Shown: piece after piece, positions 26,672 through 53,110 of the stretch
Layout: the number at the start of each line of letters is the position of its first letter
Position numbering within the stretch: position 1 is the first letter of the stretch
Assembly (NCBI RefSeq): GCF_009914755.1
Contig: NC_060943.1
Direction: 5' to 3' (one strand)
Length of the DNA: 64,000 bases
Source: the human T2T-CHM13v2.0 reference genome, Homo sapiens
The notes under the pieces: model-generated
What the model saw: only the letters and a program-made list of their open reading frames with translations
Database searches by the model: none
Told to the model about the DNA's origin: nothing
Program-made: the position numbers and the translations under genes

Positions 26672-26957
26672 GCATTCATTCAAATTCATGCATTTATTCA
26701 CTCATCCATTCATTCACTCACTCATTCATTCATTCACTCATCCTTTCACTCACTCATCCATTCACTCATTCATTCACTCACTCGTTCATTCATTCACTCA
26801 TTCATTCACTCACTCGTTCATTCATTCACTCATTCATTCACTCGTTCATTCTTTCACTCATTCATTCACTGACTCGTTCATTTATTCACTCACTCATTCA
26901 CTCATTCATTCATTCACTCACTCGCTCACTCATTCATTCATTCATTCATTCATTCAT
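26672..26957. repeat. Compound (CATT/CACT)n tetranucleotide repeat, ~285 bp
   Basis: Continuous cattcactcactcattcatt pattern; the His/Ser/Phe/Ile-rich ORFs here are its translation. Confidence 0.95.
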
Positions 26958-27184
26958 AGCTCACTGCAGCCTTCGGCTCCTGGGCTCAAGCAATCCTCCC
27001 ACCTCAGCCTCCTGAGTACCTGAGACTACAGGCGTGCACCACCACGCCCAGCTAACTTTTGTATTTTTGAAGAGACGCGGTCTCACCATGCTGCCCAGGC
27101 TGCACCCTCCCCGCCCTCAACAATATCTTTTCCCTCCACCTTTCCTGGTATTAGAACCCCGACTCGGGAGGCACACGGCCGTTC

Positions 27185-27350
27185 AGAAAGGACTACATTT
27201 CCCAGGGTTCCTTGCGGCAGGAGCAGGGCCATGTGATTATATTCTGGCCAATGGGATGAGGGCAAAGGCCGGTCTATGCCCTCCAAGAAGAGGCGTGCAC
27301 TTCCCGCTTCCTGTTCCCTTTTGCGGGAGCGGGAGCCACGTGTTTTATAA
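27185..27350 (+). mobile_element. ERVL-type LTR remnant (LTR16/LTR33-like) with promoter-like motifs
   Basis: gactacatttcccag...cttgc...ggccatgtga...ttctggccaatgggatg matches my recollection of LTR16/33-family consensus. Confidence 0.55.
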
Positions 27351-27411
27351 CAAATAGCCAGGCAGAAGGTGTCCCAGAAGACAATGGCGCTGCGGAAGCA
27401 TTCAATAAATA

Positions 27412-27417
27412 TTTATT
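27412..27417 (-). terminator. TICAM1: TICAM1 poly(A) signal AATAAA
   Basis: TTTATT on the + strand, ~290 nt beyond the stop codon. Confidence 0.85.
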
Positions 27418-27703
27418 ATAATTAAAAGACCGTAGCAATACCCCCACCACCAAGACCCTTCACCCAGAAATAGAGAGATTGGAATTGTAAACACCGTATC
27501 CAGTTCTGACCACCCTGAAAGCCAGGGCATCATCGCGCCCGTTTTGTCCTAAATGAAGGGCTCCCGGACAATGTCCTGAAAGTGGCAGATGACCTCATCT
27601 TCCACTGTCCACAGGGCACAGGGCAGACCGGGGTGCTCTATGGGGTCCTGGCCGATGCCTGGGTCCAGGGGTGTTCCCCAGGTGGTCAGGCAAAGACACG
27701 CGG

Positions 27704-29845
27704 TCATTCTGCCTCCTGCGTCTTGTCCTCGGGCGCCTGGGACCCTCTCTGGTTCCACATGTGGTTGTTCAGCCCCAGCTGTACCATCTGTGCGTGGTGG
27801 ATAATGAGGGGTTGCAGCCCTGGGCTCTGAGGGGGTGCGGGTGAGGCCGTAGGGAAGGCTGGGGACTGCGGGAAGGGCAGTGACTGTGGAAAGGCTGCTG
27901 GCTGTGGGGAGGGCGGTGGGGGGGTGCCAGCCTGCCATGCGTGCAGGGGTGGCGGCTGCGGGCACCCCGGCCAAGTGGGAAAGGGTGGCGGGGCTCCCAG
28001 GGGCACCTGGCCCCCAAAGGGCATTCGAGCCCCATAGGGCGCCCCAGTCCCAAATGACATGTGGCTCCCAAAAGCCACCTGGAGCTGCTCCATCTGTGCC
28101 TGGTAGGACAAGTAGCTCTGGAGGTAGGCTGAGTAGGCTGCGTTCAGTGCCGCCGCCTGCATCCGCTCACCGTCCAGGTGTTGGCTCTGTTCCCGCAGGG
28201 CTCGGGTGTCCTGTTCCTTCCTCCACATGGCCTTTCGGGCCTGAAGCCTGTGGGGCTTGAAGGTGTTGGCCACCTTCCTGGCGAAGATCTGGGAGTGTTC
28301 GTCCAGCCGCACCAGCCCGGAGAGCAGGCTGGCCGTGTCGGAGCTGAGCTGGGCCGGGGAGCTCTCCAGGGGCAGGAAGGGGATGACACAGTCTGGCGAC
28401 CCCTGTCGCGTGAGGTTGCTCATCATGGCTTGGTTCACCTGGTGCAGGCTCAGGCGACAGTCGAAGTTGGAGGTGAGAAGTAGGATGATGAAAGCTGAGT
28501 GGTCTATGGCGTCCTGCAGGCAGCTCAGCTCCCCGCGCCCCGGCACCTGGAAATCCTCGCAGAAGGTGGCCCCGTCGGGCACGCCAAGGGCCTCCAGCTT
28601 CTCCCGAACCCGCAGGGCGATGTGTTCGTCTGCCCTGGCGTGGAGGATCACAAAGTTATAGAATTTCTGTTCCGATGATGATTCCAGGGAGGAAGGGAAC
28701 AGGGAGGAGGGGGTCAGGTGAGCTGAACAAGGAGTAGATGAAGGAGGAGGAGGAGGAGGAGGAGGAGGGGATGTTTCTGGGGTGGTGGGAGTAGGTGGGC
28801 ACGGCTTGGTATTTGGAGAGGTGGTATCTTCTACAGAAAGTTGGAGTGGCGTCTGGTCTTTGACAGAGCAGGGGTTTTTGACCGGCTCCAGAATAGGCAA
28901 GGGGAGAGACTGGGGGCCTGCAGACCCCTCGGTGCACTCCACTGGGTAGTTGGTGCTGGTTTCTGGAGCTGCGGGGGTATCAGGGAGGCCAGTGGAGGTT
29001 GCATCTGGGGCCACTTCGGGAAGCCCAGGAGGTGGGCTGCTTGGCAGCTCTGGTGGGCTGGCAATCTCCCCCGATGGCGGCCAGCTCATCTCCTCAGGCT
29101 CCTGGCAGCCACCGGGGACAGGCTCGGGCACCAAGCTGGCCTGGGGGTCGTCACAGAGCTTGCTGGGCCCATGTGGGCTGCGGTGCAGGCTGAGGAAGGG
29201 CATGGTAGGGGACTGGCTGATTTCCAAGTTGCTGGCCAGGGAGGCAGGGCTGCCAGTGGATCGCAGGGAGCACCCTTGGCTCCAGTCCGAAACACCGTCA
29301 ATGGGGCGTGGGAGGCTCCTGGTCCCAGAGGGCAAAGCCGAGGATGGTGGGAGGCAGCCCAGATTGGACTGGAGCGTCCGGATGCTCCCTGGATCCCCAG
29401 CAATGTCCCACCCACACCGGTTTCGGGCCTCATCCTGAAGTTCCCCCAGCCGGTGGTCGTCCCTGGAGCTGAGGGTGCGGACGGCTTCCTGGTAGGCCAC
29501 GTCCCGCAGCGAGGCGGGGCACAGCTTCTCCTCAGCCAGCAGGTGGTACAAGCGGGCCACAGCCCAGGACACATCTGGGGGCTCCTCTGGGTCCTCGGTG
29601 CTGTCCACGCCAGCCCACTGGCGGGCCACCAGCCGGGCCACCGCATCGGCCTTCAATGCCTCTAGAGAGATCCTGGCCTCAGTTTCCTGGCCCAGCTTCA
29701 GGAGAACCATGGCATGCAGGAGGTCCTGCCCCTGGCAGCCTGGGCGTGGGGTCTTCAGTTTGTGCTTCAGATACAAGAGCTTGTCCTGGCCTGCTGCACC
29801 TAGAATGTCGAAGGCGCTAGGAAGTGATGGGCCCGTGCAGGCCAT
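27704..29845 (-). CDS. TICAM1: TIR domain-containing adapter molecule 1 (TRIF), 713 aa in this haplotype; whole CDS in exon 2
   Basis: Starts MACTGPSLPSAF (ATG at 29845). pLxIS motif (NLEIS), TRAF6 motif PEEMSW, polyproline, TIR domain (FYNFVILHA...BB loop QVPGRG), RHIM (MVQLGLNN), ends KTQEAE. Confidence 0.99.
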   Translation of the reverse strand: MACTGPSLPSAFDILGAAGQDKLLYLKHKLKTPRPGCQGQDLLHAMVLLKLGQETEARISLEALKADAVARLVARQWAGVDSTEDPEEPPDVSWAVARLYHLLAEEKLCPASLRDVAYQEAVRTLSSRDDHRLGELQDEARNRCGWDIAGDPGSIRTLQSNLGCLPPSSALPSGTRSLPRPIDGVSDWSQGCSLRSTGSPASLASNLEISQSPTMPFLSLHRSPHGPSKLCDDPQASLVPEPVPGGCQEPEEMSWPPSGEIASPPELPSSPPPGLPEVAPDATSTGLPDTPAAPETSTNYPVECTEGSAGPQSLPLPILEPVKNPCSVKDQTPLQLSVEDTTSPNTKPCPPTPTTPETSPPPPPPPPPSSTPCSAHLTPSSLFPSSLESSSEQKFYNFVILHARADEHIALRVREKLEALGVPDGATFCEDFQVPGRGELSCLQDAIDHSAFIILLLTSNFDCRLSLHQVNQAMMSNLTRQGSPDCVIPFLPLESSPAQLSSDTASLLSGLVRLDEHSQIFARKVANTFKPHRLQARKAMWRKEQDTRALREQSQHLDGERMQAAALNAAYSAYLQSYLSYQAQMEQLQVAFGSHMSFGTGAPYGARMPFGGQVPLGAPPPFPTWPGCPQPPPLHAWQAGTPPPPSPQPAAFPQSLPFPQSPAFPTASPAPPQSPGLQPLIIHHAQMVQLGLNNHMWNQRGSQAPEDKTQEAE

Positions 29846-29946
29846 GGGCACAGGTGGGTGCAGCCTCCGGCAGCAGAAGCTGGAGGTGGTGAAGGCATGT
29901 TCCACACTGCCCCCCGCCTTCTGCACGCCCAGTGTCCCCTACCCAT
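29800..29946 (-). other. Overlapping out-of-frame upstream ORF (48 aa; ATGs at 29946 and 29898)
   Basis: Reads MGRGHWACRRRGAVWNMPSPPPASAAGGCTHLCPWPARAHHFLAPSTF*, stopping ~45 nt inside the TRIF CDS. Confidence 0.7.
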
Positions 29947-29984
29947 TCACTGTTCCAGGTTCTGCAGGAGCTGCCCAAGCAGAT
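29846..29984 (-). other. TICAM1: TICAM1 exon 2 5'UTR portion; splice acceptor ctcctgtttcctacag|ATCTG at 29985/29984
   Basis: Polypyrimidine tract plus CAG, 139 nt upstream of the ATG. Confidence 0.85.
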
Positions 29985-30358
29985 CTGTAGGAAACAGGAG
30001 AAGCAAACACACTTACCCCCAAGAAAGGTCAGCACGGGAAGGCGGCCCACACACCCCCGCCTGCTTTCCCCGCCTGCCACCCAGACCTAGCCAGGTGACC
30101 TTCGGCAACACGTCGCCTCCTTCAACTTCCATTTCTTCCTCTGCAAAATGCTATGAGGCCAGTGTGGTGGCTCAGGCCTGTGATCTCAGCACTTTGGGAG
30201 GCTGAAGCAGGAGGATCACTTAAGCCCAGGACTTCGAGACCAGCCTGGGCAACACAGCCAGACTCCGTCTCCACTAAAAGTTTAAAAATTAGCTGGGCTG
30301 GGTGAGGGGGCTTAAGCCTGTAATCCCAGCAGTTGTGGAGGCCGAGGCGGGGGGATCA

Positions 30359-30876
<518 letters not shown>

Positions 30877-30906
30877 CTATCAGTGGATGGCAGAAGACGG
30901 ATTTCA

Positions 30907-31378
<472 letters not shown>

Positions 31379-31724
31379 TCAAGGACCCAACATCCTGGTA
31401 TTTGCAGTCTTGAGCAGTCCTTCCAACACTGTCCCAGCGTTGGACTATGACATTAACAGAATATGGCAAGGGAGCCAGGCACCACATCCACTCATTTTTC
31501 AAGAGAAGCCAGAGATCTAGATTTTTAGAAATCCGCTCATTCTTCTCGGGATGACAATCAATTCCAATATTTTTAAGAGACTTTGTGAGTTTAAAAAAAA
31601 GTTTGGGCCAGGCGCAGTGGCTCACGCCTATAATCCCAGCACTTTGGGAGGCTGGGGCGGGCAAATCACGAGATCAGGAGGTCGAGACCAGCCTGGCCAA
31701 TATGGTGAAACCCCGTCTCTACTA

Positions 31725-32020
<296 letters not shown>

Positions 32021-32112
32021 TCATTCATTCATTTAAGAAGTAATTTTTTGGCCGGGCGCGGTGGCTCATGCCTGTAATCCCAGTGCTTTGGGAGGCTGAG
32101 GCAGGTGGATCA

Positions 32113-32374
<262 letters not shown>

Positions 32375-32449
32375 TTAGCCAGGTGTGGTGGCTCATGCTG
32401 CTAATCCTAGCACTTTGGGAAGCTAAGGCGGACAGATCATTTGAGGTCA

Positions 32450-32686
<237 letters not shown>

Positions 32687-33086
32687 TCAGCATCTGCCAT
32701 GTATTGGGTACTAGTGAATACACCAGTATGCAGACAAGGAAAAACAGCAATGGACTCTTCCCTGGAGCAACTGACTGTCTAATGGTATGTTAGTTATATG
32801 TAATATATAAGCATCATATATATTACATACGACAATATAACGGGCATGTGTGGATACACACACACACTTACATGCAACCACTTATTTGAGGGCTTACTAC
32901 ATGCTATATTGTGCTCCCCATCTGTTCTTTAAACTGGGCACAGTCCTGCCTCAGGACCTTTGCACTGGCTGTTCCCTCTGCCTATATCTCTGTTACCCCC
33001 CAGATATCCCTATGGCTCACTCCCTTACCCTCCTTCATGTTTTTGGTTAAGCCTGTCCTGATCCCACTGTGCAGATCTCCCTTTGA

Positions 33087-34186
<1,100 letters not shown>

Positions 34187-34339
34187 GGTTATGAGACAGG
34201 CATGTGATTTTTTTTATTTTCCATTCCACAGAGGGGCAAACATGACCAAGATCACACAGCTAGTGACTGACAGAGCAGCCATTTGATGCCAATGTTTGTA
34301 ACTGTAACACCAAATGCCTTTTAATTAGTATGGGGTATG

Positions 34340-38152
<3,813 letters not shown>

Positions 38153-38841
38153 TAATATTGGAGTATGGCCCCTTTTTGACACAAGGAAACAGAGGTACAG
38201 AGAAGTTGAGTAAGTAGTCCAGAGTCACACAGCTCATAAGGGATACAGCTGGATTGGAACCCAGGCTGTCTGGTTCTAGAATCCACTGAGCTTTTTGGCT
38301 CCTTTTAACATTTTCAGATTTAACACAGACTCCAGCTTATGTGGACCTGGTTATGGGGCCTGAGAAACAGCCTCACCTAGTTTTAATTAAACTAATGTTC
38401 AGGAAATAAGCATATGGCCTAAGTACTCCTCTAGAGAAGTGGAGGATAAAAGGTTTTTCCTAATAATCTTAGGAAATAATAATAATAATAATAATAAAAT
38501 AATGCAGGCACAATCGGACAATAAGAAAAAGGCCAGACGGCCGGGCGCAGTGGCTCACGCCTGTAATCCCAGCACTTTGAGAGGCCGAGGCGGGTGGATT
38601 GCCTGAGGTGAGGAGTTCGAGGCTAGCCTGGCCAACATGGTGAAACCCCGTCTGTACTAAAAATACAAAAATTAGCCGGGCATGGTGGCGCAAGCCTGTA
38701 ATCCCAGCTATTCGGGAGGCTGAGGCAGGAGAATCGCTTGAACCCGGGAGGTGGAGGTTGAACCCGGGAGGCGGAGGTTGCGGTGAGCTGAGATCATGCC
38801 ATTGCACTCCAGCCTAGGCTACAAGAGTGAAACTCTGTCTC

Positions 38842-38883
<42 letters not shown>

Positions 38884-39048
38884 AAAAGGCCAGATGCCCA
38901 GCTTCTATCTCTGTTGTAAGCTCTACATAAAATGGGATAAAAATGAAAATGGGCTGGGCGCGGTGGCTCACGCCTGTAATCCCAGCAGCACTTTGGGAGG
39001 CCGAGGCGGGCAGATCACGAGGTCAGGAGATCGAGACCGTGCTGGCTA

Positions 39049-39420
<372 letters not shown>

Positions 39421-39568
39421 TTACCAAGCAAAAAGCAAACATACATTGGCACGTACCCTCCAATTTTTAGCTGATAAGAGGGCATAGATGATAAAGTGTG
39501 GAGAAGGGCCATGCTGGGACAGGGTAGCAGTGGGGCTGGGCGTCATGCTGAAAATTCATTGAGTTTAA

Positions 39569-39817
<249 letters not shown>

Positions 39818-40178
39818 TGATCCTCCCACTCAGCCTCCCAAGTAGCTGGGACTACAGGCACATGCCACCATGCCCAGCTAATTATTAATGTTTTGTAGGG
39901 ACGGGGTCTGGAACTCCTGGGCCCAAGCGATCCTCCCACCTTGGCCTCCCAAAGTGCTGGGATTACAGGTATGAGCCACTGCACCCAGCCTACATGTCAG
40001 TAAAATATATATACATATATATATTTTTTGAGACGGAGTCCCACTTTGTCGCCCAGGCTGGAGTGCAGTGGTGCGATCTAGGCTCACTACAGCCTCCGCA
40101 TCCTGGGCTCAAGTGATTCTTGTGCCTCACTCTCCTGAGTAGCTGGGATTACAGGAGCCTGCCACCACGCCCAGATAA

Positions 40179-40459
<281 letters not shown>

Positions 40460-41583
40460 TAGCCACCACGCCCTGCTAGTTTTTGTAATTTTAGTAGAGA
40501 CAGGGTTTCAGGCTGTTGGCCAGGCTGGTCTCGAACTCCTGACCTCAATCGATCCGCCTGCCTTGGCCTCCCAGAGTGCTGGGATTACAGGCATGAGCCA
40601 CTGCGCCCGGCCTGTATAGGACTCTTAAAGCAGTGCCTGGCACACGCATGCCCCACAAACATTAGCATGCAAGACTGAAACCTCCTTGCAAGAAGGACTC
40701 AGGGGAGTTTTGCAGAAAACACGACAAAGCCAGCCAGACTTAGAATCATCAAGGCAGGACCATCTCCACCTGAATGCCTGGCAAATCTCTAAAATCACGT
40801 GGTCTTTCTTCTCATTCTCTCTGCCCCCCGGGCCTGAACTCAACTCTATTTCAGTGACTGCCCCAGCTTCCCCCGCCCGCCTCCCCTGCCCACTGCCACC
40901 TCCACCTTCTCGAGACCCAGCAAGTTTCATTTCTCACTGTCCATGGCTGGGACAAAGTCCACTCCTCACTCTGAAGAGCAGGCGCCTGGCGGGACAAAAA
41001 CACCCATGGGGTAGGAGGGTTCTGGCTCTGCCACCTGCCGGCTTGTGTGGTCTGTTTCTCAGCCTCAGCTTCCTCATTTATAACACCCACATGAACTGGT
41101 ACTTAGGATGAATGGGAGTCTGTTTTGAAGCTTTCATGCGAAAATATGGTTAAAAAGTTTAGATCAGTGCCCAGCAAGGAGCAAGAGCTTGATATAATAA
41201 TATTAGTGTGACAATAAATATTGGCAGACTTTTTCTCTTCCTCTTCCTTTTTAAAAAAATTTTTGATTTTTAATTTCATTTCTTTTTTTTTTTTTTTTTT
41301 TTTTGACACAGAGTCTTGCTGTGTCGCCCAGGCTGGAGTGCAGTGGCGTGGTCTGGGCTCACTGCAACCTCCGCCTCTTGGGTTCAAGTGATTCTCCTGC
41401 CTCATCCTCCTGAGTGGCTGGGATTACAGGCATGCACCACCACGCCCCGCTAATTTTTGTATTTTTAGTAGAGACAGGGTTTCGCCATGTTGGTCAGGCT
41501 GGTCTCAAACTCCTGACCTCAGGTGATCTGCCTGGGATTACAGGCGTGAGCCACCTGCCCAGCCCCCATTTCATTTTTTTTAG

Positions 41584-41835
<252 letters not shown>

Positions 41836-42480
41836 TAAACCACTGCACCCGGCTAACTTTCTTTTTGAATTTTTTTGTAGAGGTGGAGTCTCGCTATGCT
41901 GCCCAGGCTTGTCTTGAACTCCTGGGCTCAAGTGATCCTCCCACCTTGTCCTTTTTAAATGTTTTAACCACCTCTCCCACTCTCCTTCCCACACTCTCAT
42001 GCAGCCTTTCATGCATCGAATATGCATTTATTGAGCACCTACTAGGTCCAGGAACTGTTCAAAGTGCCACTGCATATCAAGGCAGGCACATCCACCCTCA
42101 CAGAGCTCCCAGTCTGGTTCAGGGAGACCAACAGTAAGCGAGAAAATAACCCAAGATCATTTCAGAGAATGAAAAGTAACGTGAAAGCCATGAGCCGGGG
42201 GCTGTGTGGCTCTGAGAGACTGGCTGGGAAGGGGCTACAGGGGACCACGGTGGTCAAGGGAGGCCTTTGGGGACAGGAGGTAACATTGAGCTGAGACCTA
42301 AAGGAGCTGAGGGAGGAGGCTGGGTGGAGATCAGGGAGGAAAGCTTCTGGAAGGTGAAGCCACCTGCCCAAAGGCCCTGGGGCAGGACTGCGCCTGGTGA
42401 GCTGGAGGAACAGTAAGGAAGCCCATGTGGCTGGATAACCGTTAGGAGGGGGAGAAAGGAAGAAGGTGTGTGGTGGTACA

Positions 42481-42889
42481 GGGTGTGAGGTTGGGATCCT
42501 GGGTGTCAGGGAAGAGTTTGGGGTGTCAGGGAGGAATTTGGGGTGTCTGGGAGGAATCTGGGGTATTCGGGAGGGATCCTGGGTGTTGGGGAAGAATCCA
42601 GGGTGTCAGAGAGGGGTCCTGGGTGTCACGGAGGAATTTGGGGTATCAGGGAGGGACCTTGGGTGTCAGGGAGAAATTCAGGGCGTTGAGAGAAATATGG
42701 GGTGTGAGGTAGGAAGCTTGGGTGTCAGGAATTTGGGGTGAGAAGGAATATGGGGTTTCAGGTAGGAATCCTGGGTGTTGGGGAGGAATCTGGGGTGTCC
42801 GGGAGGAATCTGGGGTTTGGGGGAGGGGTCAGGCTGTCGGGGAGGAAGCCAGGGTGCTGGGGAGGATCCCGACAGTGGGGGAGGATCTG

Positions 42890-42890
<1 letters not shown>
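42481..42890 (+). repeat. Degenerate G-rich ~20-bp tandem array (consensus GGGTGTCAGGGAGGAATYTG), ~20 units
   Basis: gggtg recurs every 20 nt from 42481 to ~42690, then with small indels. Confidence 0.85.
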
Positions 42891-49760
<6,870 letters not shown>

Positions 49761-49851
49761 TACCCTGCCTAAGATATTTCTGTTCTAGCAGCAGGGACAG
49801 ATGAAGACACACACACGTACACACATGGCCTGTATGCAGTTGTGGGTGAAG

Positions 49852-49857
49852 TTTATT
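49852..49857 (-). terminator. PLIN3: PLIN3 poly(A) signal AATAAA
   Basis: TTTATT on +, followed on the - strand by a GT-rich downstream element (reverse of acacacacacgtacacac). Confidence 0.8.
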
Positions 49858-50034
49858 AAGGCAATACTGAATACCAGAGCATTTCAACAAGGCTTACCAC
49901 ACAGGCCCCAGTACCTTTCTACTCTACAATGAGGCTCAGAAGCTCAGTGTACCACCCCATCCCCAGGAGGCCCACTTAGACCAGAAATCCCAAGTCCATT
50001 AGCTACAGGCTGATATTCAGGGACATCGGTGTAA

Positions 50035-50374
<340 letters not shown>

Positions 50375-50685
50375 TATATTCCTGATATTTAACAAGGAAA
50401 AAAAATTCTGCAGGGGAGAACTTTCCTGAAAGATATTTTTTCTGGACATCTCTCTCTACTGACTGATAGGGTGAGGCTCAGAACAGGCTTCTTCCAAGCT
50501 CAGAGAGGCTGAGAGATGGGTCAACTGGGTGATGCCCGTTTTGAGAGCCTTAGCTTCCCAAGTGGACAGCACAGAAGAGCTGGGAGGAGTGGCTAGAAAA
50601 TAAGTTTGAAATGAGCCCCGGGTTGAGGACTCCAGAGCACAGCTGCATTATAGAGACGGGGCCCGCTGAGTCCTCTCCTCTCCCC

Positions 50686-51030
50686 CTACTTCTTCTCCTC
50701 CGGGGCTTTCTCAGTGATTCCAGGGGCAAAGGGTCCCACGAGCCACGTGACAGGTGTGTTCTGGGCCACATATTCCACCATGTGGTCCAGGGCCTCGCGG
50801 GCGCTGGCGACACGCTCACGGCTCTGGGCCAGAATGCTGCTGGACAGGTCCTGGAAGGAGTGGATGCTGGAAAACGTGGCCTGGAGGTCCTCCACCTGGC
50901 GGCGGGCCTGCTGCACCTGGTCCTTCACATTGGTGGGGAGGCCCTGAATGCTGGACCCCAGGGAGGTACAGGTGGCCTGCAGTTGCTGGGCAATGTCCCG
51001 GAACATGGTGAGCGCCCGGGACTCGACCTG
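50686..51030 (-). CDS. PLIN3: Perilipin-3 (TIP47) last coding exon, [15 protein letters not shown]...APEEKK*
   Basis: Acceptor ttctcag|CAG|GTC; perilipin C-terminal motif [17 protein letters not shown]; TAG at 50688-50686. Confidence 0.97.
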   Translation of the reverse strand, partial: QVESRALTMFRDIAQQLQATCTSLGSSIQGLPTNVKDQVQQARRQVEDLQATFSSIHSFQDLSSSILAQSRERVASAREALDHMVEYVAQNTPVTWLVGPFAPGITEKAPEEKK

Positions 51031-51093
51031 CTGAGAAGGGAGATGGGGACACCAATCAGGACCATTTGTTTCAGGAAAGGCGATCGGAGCTGA

Positions 51094-51364
<271 letters not shown>

Positions 51365-51398
51365 TAGCCAGGATGGTCTTGATCTCCTGACCTCGTGA

Positions 51399-51696
<298 letters not shown>

Positions 51697-52059
51697 TGAT
51701 CGGCCCTCCTTGGCCTCCCAAAGTACTGAGATTACAGGCATGAACCACCGCGCCCAGACTCTTTTCTTTTAATTAGAAACAGGATCTCACTTTGTCGCCC
51801 AGGCTGGAGTGCAGTGGCGTGATCATAGCTTACTACAGCCTGTAACTCCTGAGCTCAAGTTATCCTCTCATTTCAGCCTGCCTGACTACAGGCACTCACT
51901 ACCACGCCCAGCTACATTTTTAAAATTTTCTGTAGAGCCAGGATCTCACTAAGTTGCCCAGGTCTTAAACTCCTGGGCCCAAGTGACCTGCCCACTTCAG
52001 CCTCCCAAAATGCTGGAATTACAGGCACGAGCCACTGCATTTGGCCACTAGTCAAATTC

Positions 52060-53110
52060 TTTAAAGGGCATAGACAAATCACCAAAGAAGATATAGGGAG
52101 AGCACATGAAAAGCTGTTTGACCTTATAAGTCATTGAGGAAATGCAAATCAAAACCATAAGGAGGCCTGGCATGGTGGCTCATGCCTGTAATCCCAGCAC
52201 TTTGGGAGGCCAAGGTGCGTGGATCACCGAGGTCAGGAGTTCAGCCTGACCAACATGGCGAAACCCGCATTTCTACTAAAGATACAAAATTAGCCGGGTG
52301 TGGTGGCATGTGCCTATAATCCCAGCTACACAGGAAGCTGAGGCAGAAGAACTGCTTGCACCCAGGAGGCGGAGGTTGCAGTGAGCCAAGATCATGCCAT
52401 TGCACTCCAGCCTGGGCAACAGAGCGAGACTCTGTCTCAAAAACAAACAAACAAACAAAAACCCCAGAGGCTATCAGATGATACCCACTGTCAGTCAAGA
52501 GGCGGAGAAATTGGAAGCCTCGTGTATTGCTGGTGGTATAGTTACTTTGGAAAACAGTCTAGCGGTTACTCAAAATGTTAAACCATAGAATCATCATATG
52601 ACTCGGCAATTCTAGTTGTGGGTGTGTGCACAGGAGAAACGGAAACATACGTCCACACACAAAGACATGCACACAGGGGCACAGCAAAAAGTAGAAACGA
52701 CTCAAGTGTCCTTCGGTTGATAAATGGGTGAACAGAATGTGATCCACCCATACAACAGAATGTGACTCAGCCATGGAACGTCATGGGGCTCTGACCCAGG
52801 CCACAGCATGGGTGAGCCCTAAGGACGTCACGCTCAGCGCGAGAAGCCGGACACAAAAGGCCAAACAGGGTGTGATCCCATTTCTATGAAATGTCCAGGA
52901 CAGGCCCATCCAGAGACAGGAGGGGATACGTGGTTGGGAGGAGGAGGAAATGGGGCAGTGACTGCTGATGGGAAAAGGGTTTCTTTTTAGGGGCATGAGA
53001 TGAGATAGGGATAGTTGCACAATGCTGAGAACCAGCGATGTGTATGCTTTAAATGCGTGACTTGTATGGTATGCAAATGAGATCTCAATAAAACTGTTAA
53101 AAAAAAAAAA
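52060..53110 (+). mobile_element. L1MB-like 3' fragment interrupted by an Alu, ending in its poly(A) signal and tail
   Basis: gaaatgcaaatcaaaacca; actttggaaaacagtct; gatctcaataaaactgttaaaaaa. Confidence 0.8.

Noticed and set aside
26528-27023. His/Ser-rich ORFs in three frames
   Set aside because: Translation of the (CATT/CACT)n repeat.
27549-29665. Alternative-frame and antisense ORFs within TICAM1 (27549-27974, 28841-29665, 29086-29646)
   Set aside because: Expected in GC/Pro-rich coding DNA; mostly non-ATG starts; no homology cues.
29846-29926. 27-aa N-terminal extension of TRIF in the 740-aa ORF call
   Set aside because: Starts at a GTG; the recognisable protein begins at ATG 29845 (MACTGP) and nothing supports use of the extension.
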